A DNA stretch of 57,928 nt, filler included, from Nemertoderma westbladi (lineage: Eukaryota > Animalia > Xenacoelomorpha), in assembly GCA_032718475.1 (NCBI GenBank). It is 3 parts of 3 records of this genome, joined end to end, with 100 filler letters (N's around TTAATTAATTAA, not from the genome) between each part and the next. Parts side by side here need not be neighbours in the genome. Positions count along the whole stretch, not along the records: positions 1 to 27,112 come from JAUCBJ010003362.1; positions 27,213 to 47,963 come from JAUCBJ010005221.1; 1 more part is not named here. One strand, written 5' to 3'. The notes under the pieces are model-generated. The model was not told the DNA's origin and did not search any database. It was given only the letters and a program-made list of their open reading frames with translations. Shown in pieces: positions 21,690 to 35,005 of the stretch. A program made the translations under genes and the position numbers. Positions within the stretch are counted from its first letter, which is position 1. Each line of letters starts with the position of its first letter.

Positions 21690-24600
21690 GATTGCACATC
21701 TAAGTCCACCCATATCAGCTGTAACGCGCCACATTGTTTAATTAGAACTACCGACAAATAGGACTTGGATAATGCAAAGATTATTGAATGTCACACAGAA
21801 CGTGAATTCAAGTTCTATACTATGAAAGCTAAAAATATAGTTTTTTCAGAATGCATTTAGTTATGTAGAGTAGAATACAAAAGAGAGAATACAAAATATT
21901 TATTAACGGAACCTTAAAGGTGCCTACTGGTGGATGGTGTAAAATACCTTAACGGAGAGTCCTCCATTAGTGTAACGGAGCTTCGAGTCGCTGGCTTCCG
22001 TTAGTTAAAGCCGCCGTTAATTTAACGGAGGCTTCGTGTCGCTCATAATTTTAGTTTACGGCGCCGTTAGCACTAACGGAGCTTCTTGTCGCCCGCCCCA
22101 AAGACATGGTGTATAATGGTCACAAACCAAGACCTTGAATTCTACTGTATAGGGTTGTAGCTACAAAAATATACCAAAAATAGCTAGCTAGTAAAATATA
22201 AAAAATTTCCAATATTTTACTTTGGAAATTTAAATGAAAATGTTTTAAGTTTTAAATTTTGTATTATTATTTTTAAGTTGTTCTATAACTAAAGTTAGAC
22301 TAACCCACTTACAAACTACTTACTTACTCTAACTCTAGTTCTAGAACGCCTTGGATTTACGATATTATGGGATGGTAGAGCTAGCTAAAATTAAGTTAGT
22401 TCATAAAATATAATACAGTAGCTACTAACAGGTGGTCAAATGAAACAAAATACAAAACTTTTTTATTTGAGCTTTATGTAGACGAGCTCGGGTGGAGGCT
22501 TCTTCATAAAAAATCGCAGTTTAATGATTTACTCGAACTAACAAGTCGCGAATATCCTATAAACGGCTACATCCTTAATGGAGGTCCCCTTAATTGTAAT
22601 ACATAAATTCTGTATTTGGCCATTAATTGGTGTCTATATATTTCATTTCTTTTGAATACGTTTGGTGGGACTTATTTCTATCGATAGCTTGCCTGTGTCT
22701 ACAGTCTACTACGGTGCCCCAAAGGTGCCACAGTACAACTTCTTTCGACAACAAACTTTATGTTCGCTTTTGATATTGCTAATAGGCCTGCTAATATTGA
22801 CTTAGACATGGCAGGATGTCAAAGTGTCATTTTCAAATAGACATTCGGACATGTCTCAATGTCATTTTAAATTGATATTTGGTCATTTTGACATGTCAGA
22901 ATGTTAAAATGTGATCTCCAAAATTATCATGCCAATTTTGATACCAATTTGGAGGGAATTCCATAACAATTAAATTTATGGTGCTTTTAACATTCAGACA
23001 TGTCTAAATGTCATATTGATTTGCTTTATCAATTACGCGGAAAAACAAAGATTAGGCTTACTCTCGAAAAAAGTACGGTGGGTGTAAATAATTAATATTT
23101 AAATATTAAATAATTATGGCCACGATTATAAATTTTAATGCGCCTTATTTAATTTTCAACTTATACACTAATACAAAATGCAAGCAACCACAACTAATAA
23201 ACGTCCAATTATAATATATAGGCCGAGTATTTGATAAACAGTATCATAACCATTAGCCAATGGCATTCAAGCGTTCAGGGTGTTAGTTATTGTTCATAAT
23301 CCGATAGGACGATTAAGGATTTAATTGATCTGCCATTGCTATAATGATATAAATTACCTGGCTACGGAATGGCGAGTTCATTCAATGCCTTAGACGGATC
23401 AAAACATCAATTATTTTTATCAGATACTCCTATACAACATACAGCAGCCTATTTGAATAATAATGAATATATTATATCTATGCCTGGGGGGGGGGGGGGG
23501 GATTGAAACTTGGCAGTTTGTGATTATGGTTTTAGTTGATCCTCAGTAGGTATATTATTATGTATAAACTTTATGAGACGTGTGAGTTTATGGATCGGAT
23601 GAGAATGCTTTTATGAAACGTGTGACACTAACAGACCACCACGAACCAGTTAAGCATATAATAAATAAAAATTGTACTAATAAAAATTTCTTAATTTTGC
23701 GATAAGTGACTTTGGTGGCTTTAAATAAAATATAATATCGACATAATAACTATAACTTTATAGTGTTACGGCACGGTCAATCGACAGCGAGGGAAATAAC
23801 AAAACTAGGGCCGTAAAAGCTTTAATGAGCTAATTATGAACAACGGCGAATCTAATTTTATATATTTGTGGCAAATTATTTTTAGTTATGCACTTAAACT
23901 TTCTAGAACAACCTAATAATGACGACGTGACATGTTGGATATACTGGAAATACATAGTAAAATGTATGGCGTAGGGACATAGTGAGAAATAATGTCGCAC
24001 TGTGATGTAAAGCTGGAAAATATGTCGCCCTGGCGATTTGGTAGTGCGAAATTAATTTCATACAAATAAATAAAATAACGTTTAAATTTTCGTATTTCCA
24101 AGTCGAAATATATAAATAACACTTTATTAGACGCTGAGATTTTAAAATTCATCGCTCTATAATCCTATAAAGTGGTTGATTATAAGACTTTAAGTAAATA
24201 GTTAGAACTATAAGTTTTGGAGGTAACCGAAACCCTATTTATTCTCATTACTCTACCGGAACCCTTTGTAAGCCGCTTGTCGGTCTATATTCTATAAAAA
24301 AGTTAGGTCCACATATCTTTAGACTGGGTATATCGGAAGTTACCCCTAAACGCGATACGCGATCAAAACACGATAATCTTGGAATGTTACGTTCTAGATC
24401 GAATCGAGATCGAGATAAAACAGCGATCCGGATCTTCCAGTATCATTTTGTATACTAGATCGGACGCACGGCCACATGGATCCATGACAACTCCCTGGGT
24501 CTGTCTGTCTGTCTGTGTAACTGGGTGTTTAGTGAAGGTTTAGGCCTCTGGTAACTAAACATGTTAACAATCCTGCTCGATCTAGTTATGGCCCATTCAA

Positions 24601-24924
24601 AATAATTCATACAAATTATTATCTACTAGCGAATTACCTACTGGTATTTATTGTGCGCCTTTGAACAATGATGCCATGACCAAAACGATGGCATGCCAAT
24701 AAAAACCGCACAATAAATATTAAATAAGTAAATACAATTTTAAACAACCAACGGCGCAACGGAGATTAATAAAATATAGTTAACAGAACCATCAGTACAT
24801 TATTGCATAGGAGTTATTATTGCAATTCCCGTAAATTTAACAAGATGAGTCTAAAATGATATATACGGTAATGTTGCCCAAGAGCTAGAAGTGGATGTTG
24901 AAGACGTTTAGTGAATGTATTCAT

Positions 24925-25701
24925 TCATGGGTCGTCAATCTTTGGGGCCAAATAGAAACGAATTGACCCCATATCTTCGATCTTATACTCGACCACCAAA
25001 GGGATATCTTTACTCATAGATATGGAGACGGATGGAGACAGCGGAGTCGCCTTGGTGAAGTTGTTGAGAAAACGGACGGCGAAGTTAAGACGAACTGGTT
25101 CCTCCATCTGTATAGTAACTTGGTCTTCCTCTTTATCTATGTTAGTGTTCTGCATTATGTTAATCTTGCCGGAACCCAGATCACCCTCGGCTGCGAACTG
25201 TACCGACTCTTTGGTGCAGGTAATGGTGACTGAATCGCCGATCTGTGCGAGATCTCGGCAAATACGAGCGAACTCTGCCGACGGCATCCTAATAGTGGCG
25301 CTGTAGTCCGTAGTTGGGATACCCAAGTGTTCCGTGTCAAGGTCCATCAACTTTATCTCATACTGACTGATCTTGTCTTGTTTTTTGGACTCGAAGGTGA
25401 AGTTAACCAAGTCGCTGTTCTCCTCGCATTGAATCAGGAGGGAGTCGTCGTTACCTCCGCATTTTAGAATCTTCGCTAAATTGGTTAAGTTGATACCGAG
25501 AGCGAGGTTCCGATCGCATCGGTAGGGATCGAAGCCCTCCGCCCGCATGCTGACTGCTACTAAGGACACGTGGCTGCTGTCCATAGACTGAAGAGAGACA
25601 CCCGCCGCCGAACAATCAAACTTTCCATCCGTAACTAAATCCTTTATGGAATCGATTACCTTTTTAAAGGTTGATGCGTTTGCTAACTGTGCCTCGAACA
25701 T
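24925..25701 (-). CDS. PCNA: Proliferating cell nuclear antigen, intronless, 258 aa
   Basis: MFEAQL..., LQSMDSSHVSLV, YRCDRN, K164-equivalent in CTKES, FYLAPKI. The ATG is at 25701; the ORF track starts two codons early at GTG. Confidence 0.98.
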   Translation of the reverse strand: MFEAQLANASTFKKVIDSIKDLVTDGKFDCSAAGVSLQSMDSSHVSLVAVSMRAEGFDPYRCDRNLALGINLTNLAKILKCGGNDDSLLIQCEENSDLVNFTFESKKQDKISQYEIKLMDLDTEHLGIPTTDYSATIRMPSAEFARICRDLAQIGDSVTITCTKESVQFAAEGDLGSGKINIMQNTNIDKEEDQVTIQMEEPVRLNFAVRFLNNFTKATPLSPSVSISMSKDIPLVVEYKIEDMGSIRFYLAPKIDDP

Positions 25702-26599
25702 TTTCACAGAAGTTCAATACAGCAATAAACAAGCTGAGATATACTGATACAGTGATATAACAGTGGGAACAAGTGAAAACGTACCCTGGTTAAACGAAAA
25801 CGTACCGCAATATTGGGTACCGGTACGTTTCCACTACTTGGTAGTTAAAACGTACCTGCTCATCTCCCTCAATTGGCATGGGTGATTGGTAAAGTGATCA
25901 TTTATTGTTTTTAGGTCAGTAGGTTTTGGTTAGAAAACACCGCCATTGTAACCTGTAACCTCCTCCTTCCCCTTAATGTTTTTAATTAAATTTAATTTAA
26001 AATATTTAATAAAAAATTTCAAAAATAATCGAATTCGACCACATCCACCGCATACGTGCGTTTTATTGGAAACTCTGGTTTGGAATCAGTAAATACGCAT
26101 CGTCGACCGCAATCCTTTCCAGTATTGACCACCCCGACTCCTCAGCTATTAACGCGGTCAATCTAACTGGTTATAGACGTCGGGTAGCCGGTCAGCTGGT
26201 AGCCAACGGTTACCATCATAAACTATGTGCCACTCGGAACTGTTGGCGGCCAATCGAGGAGTGTCGCTGTTTATTGTGTGGCCAATCAGAAATCAGCTCG
26301 GAGCACTATACAATGTGCCCGGGTATCCCCGGGCCTCCGTACAGGGATGTTTCTTGCGGGCCTTACCCTAAACCAATGACCCCCCCCCCCCACACAACCA
26401 AACAAAACTTTTTAATAGCACAATATTTTATATATTATTTTATTTATTTGTAAAACTTTTAATAACCATGTTGTTCATTTTACTCCATATGTTTGGAATT
26501 AAATACATACAATTTGCATTTGCATTTGCAATTTAATTTAATTAATTTTTAAAACCCTTTGAACACCTAGTTTATGTTTGCGGTCAATTTGTGCCATTG

Positions 26600-27112
26600 A
26601 CTCTAAAACGTACCCACGCCGCCAGACTGGAATCCATACACTTTGCGCCGGATTAATCCGGCGCGCTTTACAATAAAAGCGCGCCAATGTGGCGCGTTCG
26701 AAAATCGTAAAGCGCGCCGGCTTTGGCGCGTGGCGCTCCCAAAAATAAAAACCGGCGCCGATTTGTTGGTTTAACAATTCTCCAATTACGGAAGTGCCTT
26801 AAAAATTGCATTAGCTGTTTAAATATTTCGGCTCGCTTCGCTCGCCCTTTTTTCTGTTGTATGGTTACTGCTGTACAGGGACAGGTACATGGCAGACTGG
26901 TTACACTCCTTCAAAATTGAAATTGCATTGGCGCGGCGTTCTTCAAAGTTGTTTCAATGTGCGGCGCGCTTACAAATTTCATTGGCGCGGGGTTTGCTTC
27001 GAAATTGCATCGGCGCGCGGCGTGCATAAAAATTGGTTGGCGCGCTATCCGGCGCACTTTTTGGATGGATTCCATACCCTTCGCCCGCGTCCAATCTTCG
27101 CCCACGTAGCCA
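26600..27112. repeat. GC-rich element with many GGCGCG/CGCGCC sub-repeats, probable non-autonomous DNA transposon, cut by gap
   Basis: cgcgcc motifs on the left, ttggcgcg motifs on the right, central gctcgcttcgctcgc. Confidence 0.5.
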
Positions 27113-27212
27113 NNNNNNNNNNNNNNNNNNNNNNNNNNNNNNNNNNNNNNNNNNNNTTAATTAATTAANNNNNNNNNNNNNNNNNNNNNNNNNNNNNNNN
27201 NNNNNNNNNNNN
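27113..27212. other. Assembly gap with TTAATTAATTAA linker
   Basis: N-run with a central six-frame stop linker. Confidence 0.97.
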
Positions 27213-27514
27213 ATATTATTAATTACTGTATATTCTTATTTTAATATACGTATCTATTAATATTCATATTTTGAGATTGCGATCACCTTAATTAGGCGTA
27301 CTGTATTGAATTGTCTTAGGGTGTAATTGATGTAATTGCATTGGTAGACAATTTAGGATAGTGACAATGACAATTAATTAGAGTAGGAAATATTTTGTTG
27401 TGACTTAGGAAGACTGTGAAGTTAATATGAAATGTTCGAACTGCAGGAAAAGTGTAAGCAGAGGAGCCAGTACCACAAAATACAGTATGAGTATACAATA
27501 CAGAAGCTCAAACC

Positions 27515-27919
27515 TACGGAAGCCCATAACGGCCATGTCAAGCGCAAACTTCCATGTCAAGCGCGCAAACTTTATGCCATTTCCGTGTAGAAACATTTGC
27601 GCGCGCAACATGGAAGTTTGCACGCGCGACATGGAAGTTTGAGCGCGCGACATGGAAGTTTGCGCGCGCGACATGGAAGTTTGCGCGCGTGACATGGAAC
27701 TGTGGAAGTTTGCGCGCGCGACATGGAAGTTTGCGTGCGCGACATGGAAGTTTGCGCGCACGGCATGGAACTGTGGAAGTTTGCGCGCTCGACATGGAAG
27801 TTTGCGCGCGAGACATGGCAGTTCGCGCGCGCAAACTTCCATGTCGCGCGCGCAAATGTTTATACACGGAAATGGCATAAAGTTTGCGCGGGGTGACATG
27901 GCCGTTATGGGCTTCCGTA
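27515..27919. mobile_element. MITE with long TIRs and internal 21-bp tandem repeats
   Basis: TACGGAAGCCCATAACGGCCATGTCA ... TGACATGGCCGTTATGGGCTTCCGTA with TA at both ends; internal (acatggaagtttgcgcgcgcg)n. Confidence 0.9.
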
Positions 27920-28305
27920 CAAACCATTCCATCCATAGACGAATCATAATGAAATATCAATAGATAAGCTAAACCTGGTCGTTTAGAAGGTCTCAGCACA
28001 CCGCCGCGCCGCCTCGCCTCCTTTACAAGCCACATTGCGCTCGTCCTGCCATGTGGTATTTTTAACGGAAGAAAACTAAATGCTTTTAAAGTTACCGCAA
28101 CCATGGGATGGAAATTAATTAAAATAATTGACAATAATGTTGAGAATCCGTGTAAAGATGACAAACATGCCGCCATGTATAACAAACTGCAGTATGGTCT
28201 CATAATGATCACAACAGTTCAAAACAGACTCCCGCTAGAGGGCTAGAAGTCTGAAACATCTCACATTTTATTTTTTGAAATTTTGATCCGTTCAATCTGA
28301 GACTT

Positions 28306-28639
28306 GTCATATGCAGGTCCACTGCACCATAAGCCGCGTCTGTGTGCGGAAGCTGAGCAGGGTAGTTATTAGTCTACCAAGCAAACAGATGACCGAAGCC
28401 GGAGGCGACCCAAAAGCTCCTGTTTCGATAGCTGCCACCCAAGGGTTGGGGTTGGCACTACTCCTACAGTACTGTAGTGCACAAGTTTTGCTCCCAGTAT
28501 GCCCTAATTCAACTGGGAGCAGTTGAATACTCAATTTATCTACACCATGGGATGAAAGGATGAGTGGACCCTGGCAGGGATCGAACACTATAACCAATTA
28601 TTCGCAGGCCCAGCGATCAACCACCTGAGCTACCCCGCC
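28306..28639 (-). mobile_element. tRNA-derived SINE with Nin/Deu-like core
   Basis: GGCGGGGTAGCTCAGGTGG (A box), GTTCGATCCC (B box), then CACTCATCCTTTCATCCC...GATAAATTGAGTA. Confidence 0.7.
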
Positions 28640-29844
28640 TTCTACCACTAGATAGCGAAATATCTGAAATTGTGAAAAAACTTCCTTCCACATTTCGTTT
28701 GCTTATATATTTGGAGCTTATATTGACAGACTACGCTTTGTAAAGATTTTACACATGTAGTTGTAGTAGTTATTCAGTCTGTCACCAGCACCGCCAGAGG
28801 ACGGAGGCCTGAAAATTTGCAAAACCCTATTTTTCCCGTGTTCTAGAACGTTTTGTTTACGTATGAATAAAACATACAAGTATTATTTTATATTTTATAG
28901 GCATTGTTCGATTATGAGTTAAACAAAATGTTCTAGATAATATATAAAATAAATAACCTGTAGCGAACGCAATTACATGCGCAACTTTCGAATGCCCATA
29001 ACTCAGCTATTTCCCAACCAAATTAAAATGTTTTTACATTTAGAATCCTTGCACGGCCAGCTTCCATAACAGTACCAACAAATCACTATAGGGTTGAATA
29101 ATAAGTTAGAAAATATAAATTCTGGCTCACGCAAGAATGAGGAGGGCGGTGAAACTAGCTCTGTTTCAAATTTCATACGATCTCATTAACATGGTGTAAT
29201 CATGGCATGGTGTAATCAAGGACTTCTAGAACTATTTATTTGATAAATAGGCCACTATGTTATAGCAATTATTCTATCTATCCATATTCGACCTGCTGAA
29301 TTGCAGCTGCAGCGCATATTGAGATGCTATGCTGGTTTTAAAAAATGGTTGTGCCACCACCATGCATGCAATCTACAATTAGCTTGCTGTGATGCAGGGC
29401 AGTATTAAGATATTAGTATTAAGATTAAGCGCGGTATGACGGTCTAATTTGGCTTCCGACACACAGACAATAATTTTGAAACCTTGCATCATAGTTCTGA
29501 CAAAACATATTTATTGCAAAGTTGAATGTGATTAATTATTTTATACTTAAATTGTTACTTTTTCTCCCAAATATATCCCAAGTATTTTTCCGCAAGTACT
29601 TTTGTCCCTAGTGAAAAGAGTAACCCATTGGATCGCATTTTACTTTTCTCCCGGCGGGGGAGTGATATAAGAAAATGTGAACATATTTTTTCAAAGTACC
29701 AATTTATAAAATATCAAGAGTACCAAAATATCTTAATAGTAGTTTTAGTATGGTTGATAACTGAATATATAATACAGTAATACCGGTAGGCCTACAGCAT
29801 TGAGTTTGTCGTATCATTACATAAATGCATTGGATTTCAAATAA

Positions 29845-30261
29845 TTATGAATCCTCGTCGTTTTCTAGATTAATATTATCACCGAATTTCGCATAGAGTT
29901 GTACTTTGAGTTGAGAAAGGAGAGTTCTAATCTCGGAATTTTCATTTTCAAAAACTAGCAATTCATCTCTTAGGATCTGCTGTTTTCCTTCTAGTTGCTC
30001 TTTTGCTTTTTCGAAAGGTAATTTAAGGAAAACTTCCCCTATTTGGAACGGGCAATATCCGCTATCATCTGTAAGCTCAAGTTCTTCAATGTTTTCCCTG
30101 GCGTCTTCCATGTTCTCTAAAAGTTTCTTCCGTGCCGTAATTTCATCGGATATTTCGTTTAGACGACTATTTTTCGATGCGAATAAATTAATTTTATCTT
30201 GATCTTCCTTATTCACAGTTACTGAGTCAGAATTACCGGTAGTGGTAGCAACCTTCATCAT
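29845..30261 (-). CDS. PFDN4: Prefoldin subunit 4, intronless
   Basis: V..EDQDKINLFA, PFQIGEVF and LKVQLYAKFGDNINLE signatures. Confidence 0.96.
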   Translation of the reverse strand: MMKVATTTGNSDSVTVNKEDQDKINLFASKNSRLNEISDEITARKKLLENMEDARENIEELELTDDSGYCPFQIGEVFLKLPFEKAKEQLEGKQQILRDELLVFENENSEIRTLLSQLKVQLYAKFGDNINLENDEDS

Positions 30262-31675
30262 GACGGTAGCAACTCACCGAAAAATTTATCCGTCTGCCAG
30301 TGCAGCAGTGTGCGTGCAAAATTCAGTAGGCCTAATCCTGTAATGCAGTAATGAAATCAACCAGAAGTATGCTACGGGTAATTGAGGTACCGACCGGCGA
30401 CGGCAACCGGTACGGTGTGGTAAAATTAACTTAGATCCTAAATAATTATGCAAAAACGTAGATTCTAACTTAGCGAATTTAAATCCCACCTTATACGATT
30501 AAAAAAACTTAGATCCGAGGTTATAAAATAATGATTTAGATTACGCCACGTGCCACGTGTGAAACTCAACCACTCGGACAGAATAGTTGAATTTCGCTAA
30601 ATTGAAAATGAAGTGAAAAAAAGCGCTGTTTTCCGCTTACTTTTTTTTATCGAGAAATAAGTCCTTTATTGAAAATGCACTTTTTCTCACAAAATTTTTT
30701 AGAAAACTTTCCTCGAACTATTCCTTTCGCTCACTATATGTAGTACTTTCTATCTCTAAATTAGTGATAATTGACAGATAGTCTGTCCATCGCTAAATTA
30801 GTGACAGATAGTCTGTCTATCGCTAAATTAGTGATACTGTAGAAAGTGGGAATTTTAGCTCAGTCGGTAGAGCGTTGGAGCTTATTTTAATGGCTATTAT
30901 TTATTGGATTCTAGACCCGACCCAAAAAGTAAATTTTTAAAAGTCAATTATTAAAATTTTTTATCTCATATCATATCATCACATGTGTTTTTGTCTTCAG
31001 ACCCAATGACAAGGTTACCTGTGTGTTTGTGTTAATCGGTTAAACACAATATTTAGACATTGTGTAATTGTTTATAACATAATTTGTATACAAATCCTTA
31101 AAAATAATATAATATTGACTTGACAAAATATAATTACTGTAAATTCCTTCAATGGTAATACAGCATTGTAGACCTATGAAATTTGTAATTACGAATCAGC
31201 AGGTACTGGTATACATACAGTACTGTAGGCCTGCCTATTATTTAAATCGATAAAAAAAACCGTTGAAAATAACTCATTGTCACTAATTACAATTAATTAA
31301 AATTCAGATAGCCTGCTATATATAGTATTTAATTTTGCACTCGATGGCACTTTGGTGTAAAAACCTGACAACACTGCAAGACTCAATAAACTCAGACAGA
31401 ATAATTGAATTTTGGTCAATTAAATTAAATTAGTGACAAAAAGCTCTTCTTTCCGATACTTTTTTCTTATTGAAGAACTTTATCTCCGAAGTTTTATAAT
31501 AAAGGCCACCGCAATGCGTTTTGTTTGGTATATCAAATCACTCTACTGATAGGCCTAATAATAATAAATAATAATAATAACAATAATTTATAGAGCGCCT
31601 TTACAAAGGTACAGGAGATCAAGGCGATTACAGCGTCTTGATCAAGGCCTATCCTATACAGTATCTGTACCTATA

Positions 31676-33332
31676 CATATACAGTACTGTAATGTAAACG
31701 CGAACTGTGTAGCGTTGTGGGGGACTATACAGTACTGTAATGTAAACGCGAACTGTGTAGCGTTGTGGGGGACTATACAGTACTGTAATGTAATCGCGAA
31801 CTGTGTAGCGTTGGGGGCGAGGTGGTGCGATGGACTATACAGTACTGTAATGTAATCGCGAACTGTGTAGCGTTGTGGGGCGAGTGTGGTGCGATGAACT
31901 ATACAGTACTGTAATGTAATCGCGAACTGTGTAGCGTTGGGGGCGAGGTGGTGCGATGGACTATACAGTACTGTAATGTAATCGCGAACTGTGTAGCGTT
32001 GGGGGCGAGGTGGTGCGATGAACTATACAGTACTGTAATGTAATCGCGAACTGTGTAGCGTTGTGGGGCGAGGTGGTGCGATGAACTATACAGTACTGTA
32101 ATGTAATCGCGAACTGTGTAGCGTTGTGGGGCGAGGTGGTGCGATGACGAGGTGGTGCGATGGACTATACAGTACTGTAAGGTGGTGCGATGAACTATAC
32201 AGTACTGTAATGTAATCGCGAACTGTGTAGCGTTGGGGGCGAGGTGGTGCGATGGACTATACAGTACTGTAATGTAATCGCGAACTGTGTAGCGTTGGGG
32301 GCGAGGTGGTGCGATGAACTATACAGTACTGTAATGTAATCGCGAACTGTGTAGCGTTGGGGGCGAGGTGGTGCGATGGACTATACAGTACTGTAATGTA
32401 ATCGCGAACTGTGTAGCGTTGTGGGGCGAGGTGGTGCGATGGACTATACAGTACTGTAATGTAAACGCGAACTGTGTAGCGTTGTGGGGGACTATACAGT
32501 ACTGTAATGTAATCGCGAACTGTGTAGCGTTGTGGGGCGAGGTGGTGCGATGGACTATACAGTACTGTAATGTAATCGCGAACTGTGTAGCGTTGTGGGG
32601 CGAGGTGGTGCGATGAACTATACAGTACTGTAATGTAATCGCGAACTGTGTAGCGTTGGGGGCGAGGTGGTGCGATGGACTATACAGTACTGTAATGTAA
32701 TCGCGAACTGTGTAGCGTTGGGGGCGAGGTGGTGCGATGAACTATACAGTACTGTAATGTAATCGCGAACTGTGTAGCGTTGTGGGGCGAGGTGGTGCGA
32801 TGAACTATACAGTACTGTAATGTAATCGCGAACTGTGTAGCGTTGGGGGCGAGGTGGTGCGATGAACTATACAGTACTGTAATGTAAACGCGAACTGTGT
32901 AGCGTTGTGGGGGACTATACAGTACTGTAATGTAATCGCGAACTGTGTAGCGTTGGGGGCGAGGTGGTGCGATGGACTATACAGTACTGTAATGTAATCG
33001 CGAACTGTGTAGCGTTGTGGGGTGAGGTGGTGCGATGAACTATACAGTACTGTAATGTAATCGCGAACTGTGTAGCGTTGTGGGGCGAGGTGGTGCGATG
33101 AACTATACAGTACTGTAATGTAATCGCGAACTGTGTAGCGTTGTGGGGCGAGGTGGTGCGATGGACTATACAGTACTGTAATGTAAACGCGAACTGTGTA
33201 GCGCTGTGGGGGACTATACAGTACTGTAATGTAATCGCGAACTGTGTAGCGTTGTGGGGCGAGGTGGTGCGATGGACTATACAGTACTGTAATGTAATCG
33301 CGAACTGTGTAGCGTTGTGGGGCGAGGTGGTG
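31676..33332. repeat. 62/63-bp minisatellite with 48-bp variant units
   Basis: Unit ctatacagtactgtaatgtaatcgcgaactgtgtagcgttgtggggcgaggtggtgcgatgga. Confidence 0.95.
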
Positions 33333-34505
33333 ATGCATCCTGTAGTGGAATGGCCGATGGTGTATCAGACACACATCGGCCATGGGGGGGGGGGGGGGGG
33401 GGGGGGGGCTCTGACTGGACGACATCAAACTTCATACCAGGACTTTTGCCTTTCTTATCGGAAGATAATTAAAATAACTGCAACTTGTACACATTATTTT
33501 ACTCTTATAATAATATATAGAAAATAATTATCTCTATAATAACATTAGATTAGATAATTTGGCAATTGACAAAGGAGACGGTAATAATATTAACCATTAT
33601 GACAAGCACATCAGCAACATTTTACGGCTAGAGTTATCAAATCGTACTGAGTAGAGCGCGTTAACAATATAAAATAGAAAAAGAATATAATAATTGACAA
33701 GCACCACGTAAACAAAAAACGTTTCTCAAAAGAAAACACAATACGGAACTTACTACACTCGGCCTACCATAAGTTACTTATATAAAATTGTTACACCATT
33801 TATTGACAATAAACAGTAGAAGAGTGTTAGCTGTCTTGATGATGGCCATCAGCGGAATACGTCGGGGGGGGGGGGGGGGGGGGGGGGGGGACTTCCCGAA
33901 CAAGGAGTCTGTGAATCGTATCATACAATATACCTAGACCAGCCCAAATAGGGCATTGTCCACCAGTGCGTAAGTGATTGTCGGAAATTATCAAAAGCCA
34001 AATACATACATAAATTACAAATACAACAAAATACAACATACCAAATTTTGAGAGGATCGCAGTTACCACGTTGGAATAACAGGAAAGGGATACTGACAAG
34101 AATGGGCGTCCGAAAATAACAGATTTTTTTAAAGCGCCATTTATAAATTACAAAAACTATGTTACAGCTAATATTTTAAATAAATAGCTTCACGCAGAAA
34201 AAAAAGGACACCTTTCGAAAATTTATATATCAGTTATTCCTAAACGAAGTTCTTACTAATTCGGAATCCTAGTTAACGTCCAACGGTACAAACAAATCAA
34301 GAGGAGGTAACGAACAATAGTTCCGGAATGGATCGACCAGCTATTCGTTATATTAGATTGGCTTAAATAATAAAGATAAGCGCAGAGTAGAAAATAAAAA
34401 TCGCCCTTTTTTTAACTGCACCCCCATTAATCGCGATTTTAAACATATATATATTTTTATATTCATTTTTACACTGCAATCATGGGAGACCCTTTATTGA
34501 CACGG

Positions 34506-35005
34506 AACAATATTTTATGGTGACCCATGAGACCAACAATATTTTATGGTGACCCATGAGACCAACAATATTTTATGGTGACCCATGAGACCAACAATAT
34601 TTTATGGTGACCCATGAGACCAACAATATTTTATGGTGACCCATGAGACCAACAATATGTTATGGTGACCCATGAGACCAACAATATTTTATGGTGACCC
34701 ATGAGACCAACAATATTTTATGGTGACCCATGAGACCAACAATATTTTATGGTGACCCATGAGACCAACAATATTTTATGGTGACCCATGAGACCAACAA
34801 TATTTTATGGTGACCCATGAGACCAACAATATGTTATGGTGACCCATGAGACCAACAATATTTTATGGTGACCCATGAGACCAACAATATTTTATGGTGA
34901 CCCATGAGACCAACAATATTTTATGGTGACCCATGAGACCAACAATATTTTATGGTGACCCATGAGACCAACAATATTTTATGGTGACCCATGAGACCAA
35001 CAATA
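34506..35005. repeat. 29-bp minisatellite (aacaatattttatggtgacccatgagacc) ~17 copies
   Basis: Near-perfect direct repeats. Confidence 0.96.

Noticed and set aside
22800-23015. p53 response elements (GGACATGTCT, AGACATGTCT) downstream of PCNA
   Set aside because: Isolated half-sites in a degenerate GACA/TGTC-rich repeat; no paired full site.
27113-27212. TTAATTAATTAA motif between N-runs (also 47964-48062)
   Set aside because: Artificial contig-join linker.
27405-28212. Overlapping repetitive ORFs (ARATWKF, CARDMEV)
   Set aside because: Stop-free frames produced by 21-bp repeats inside a MITE.
30848-30882. tRNA gene (TAGCTCAGTCGGTAGAGCG)
   Set aside because: Only a D-arm/A-box; no T-arm or acceptor 3' strand.
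32368-33527. Repetitive-protein ORFs in the 63-bp array
   Set aside because: By-product of a unit length divisible by 3; interrupted by 62-bp units and stops.
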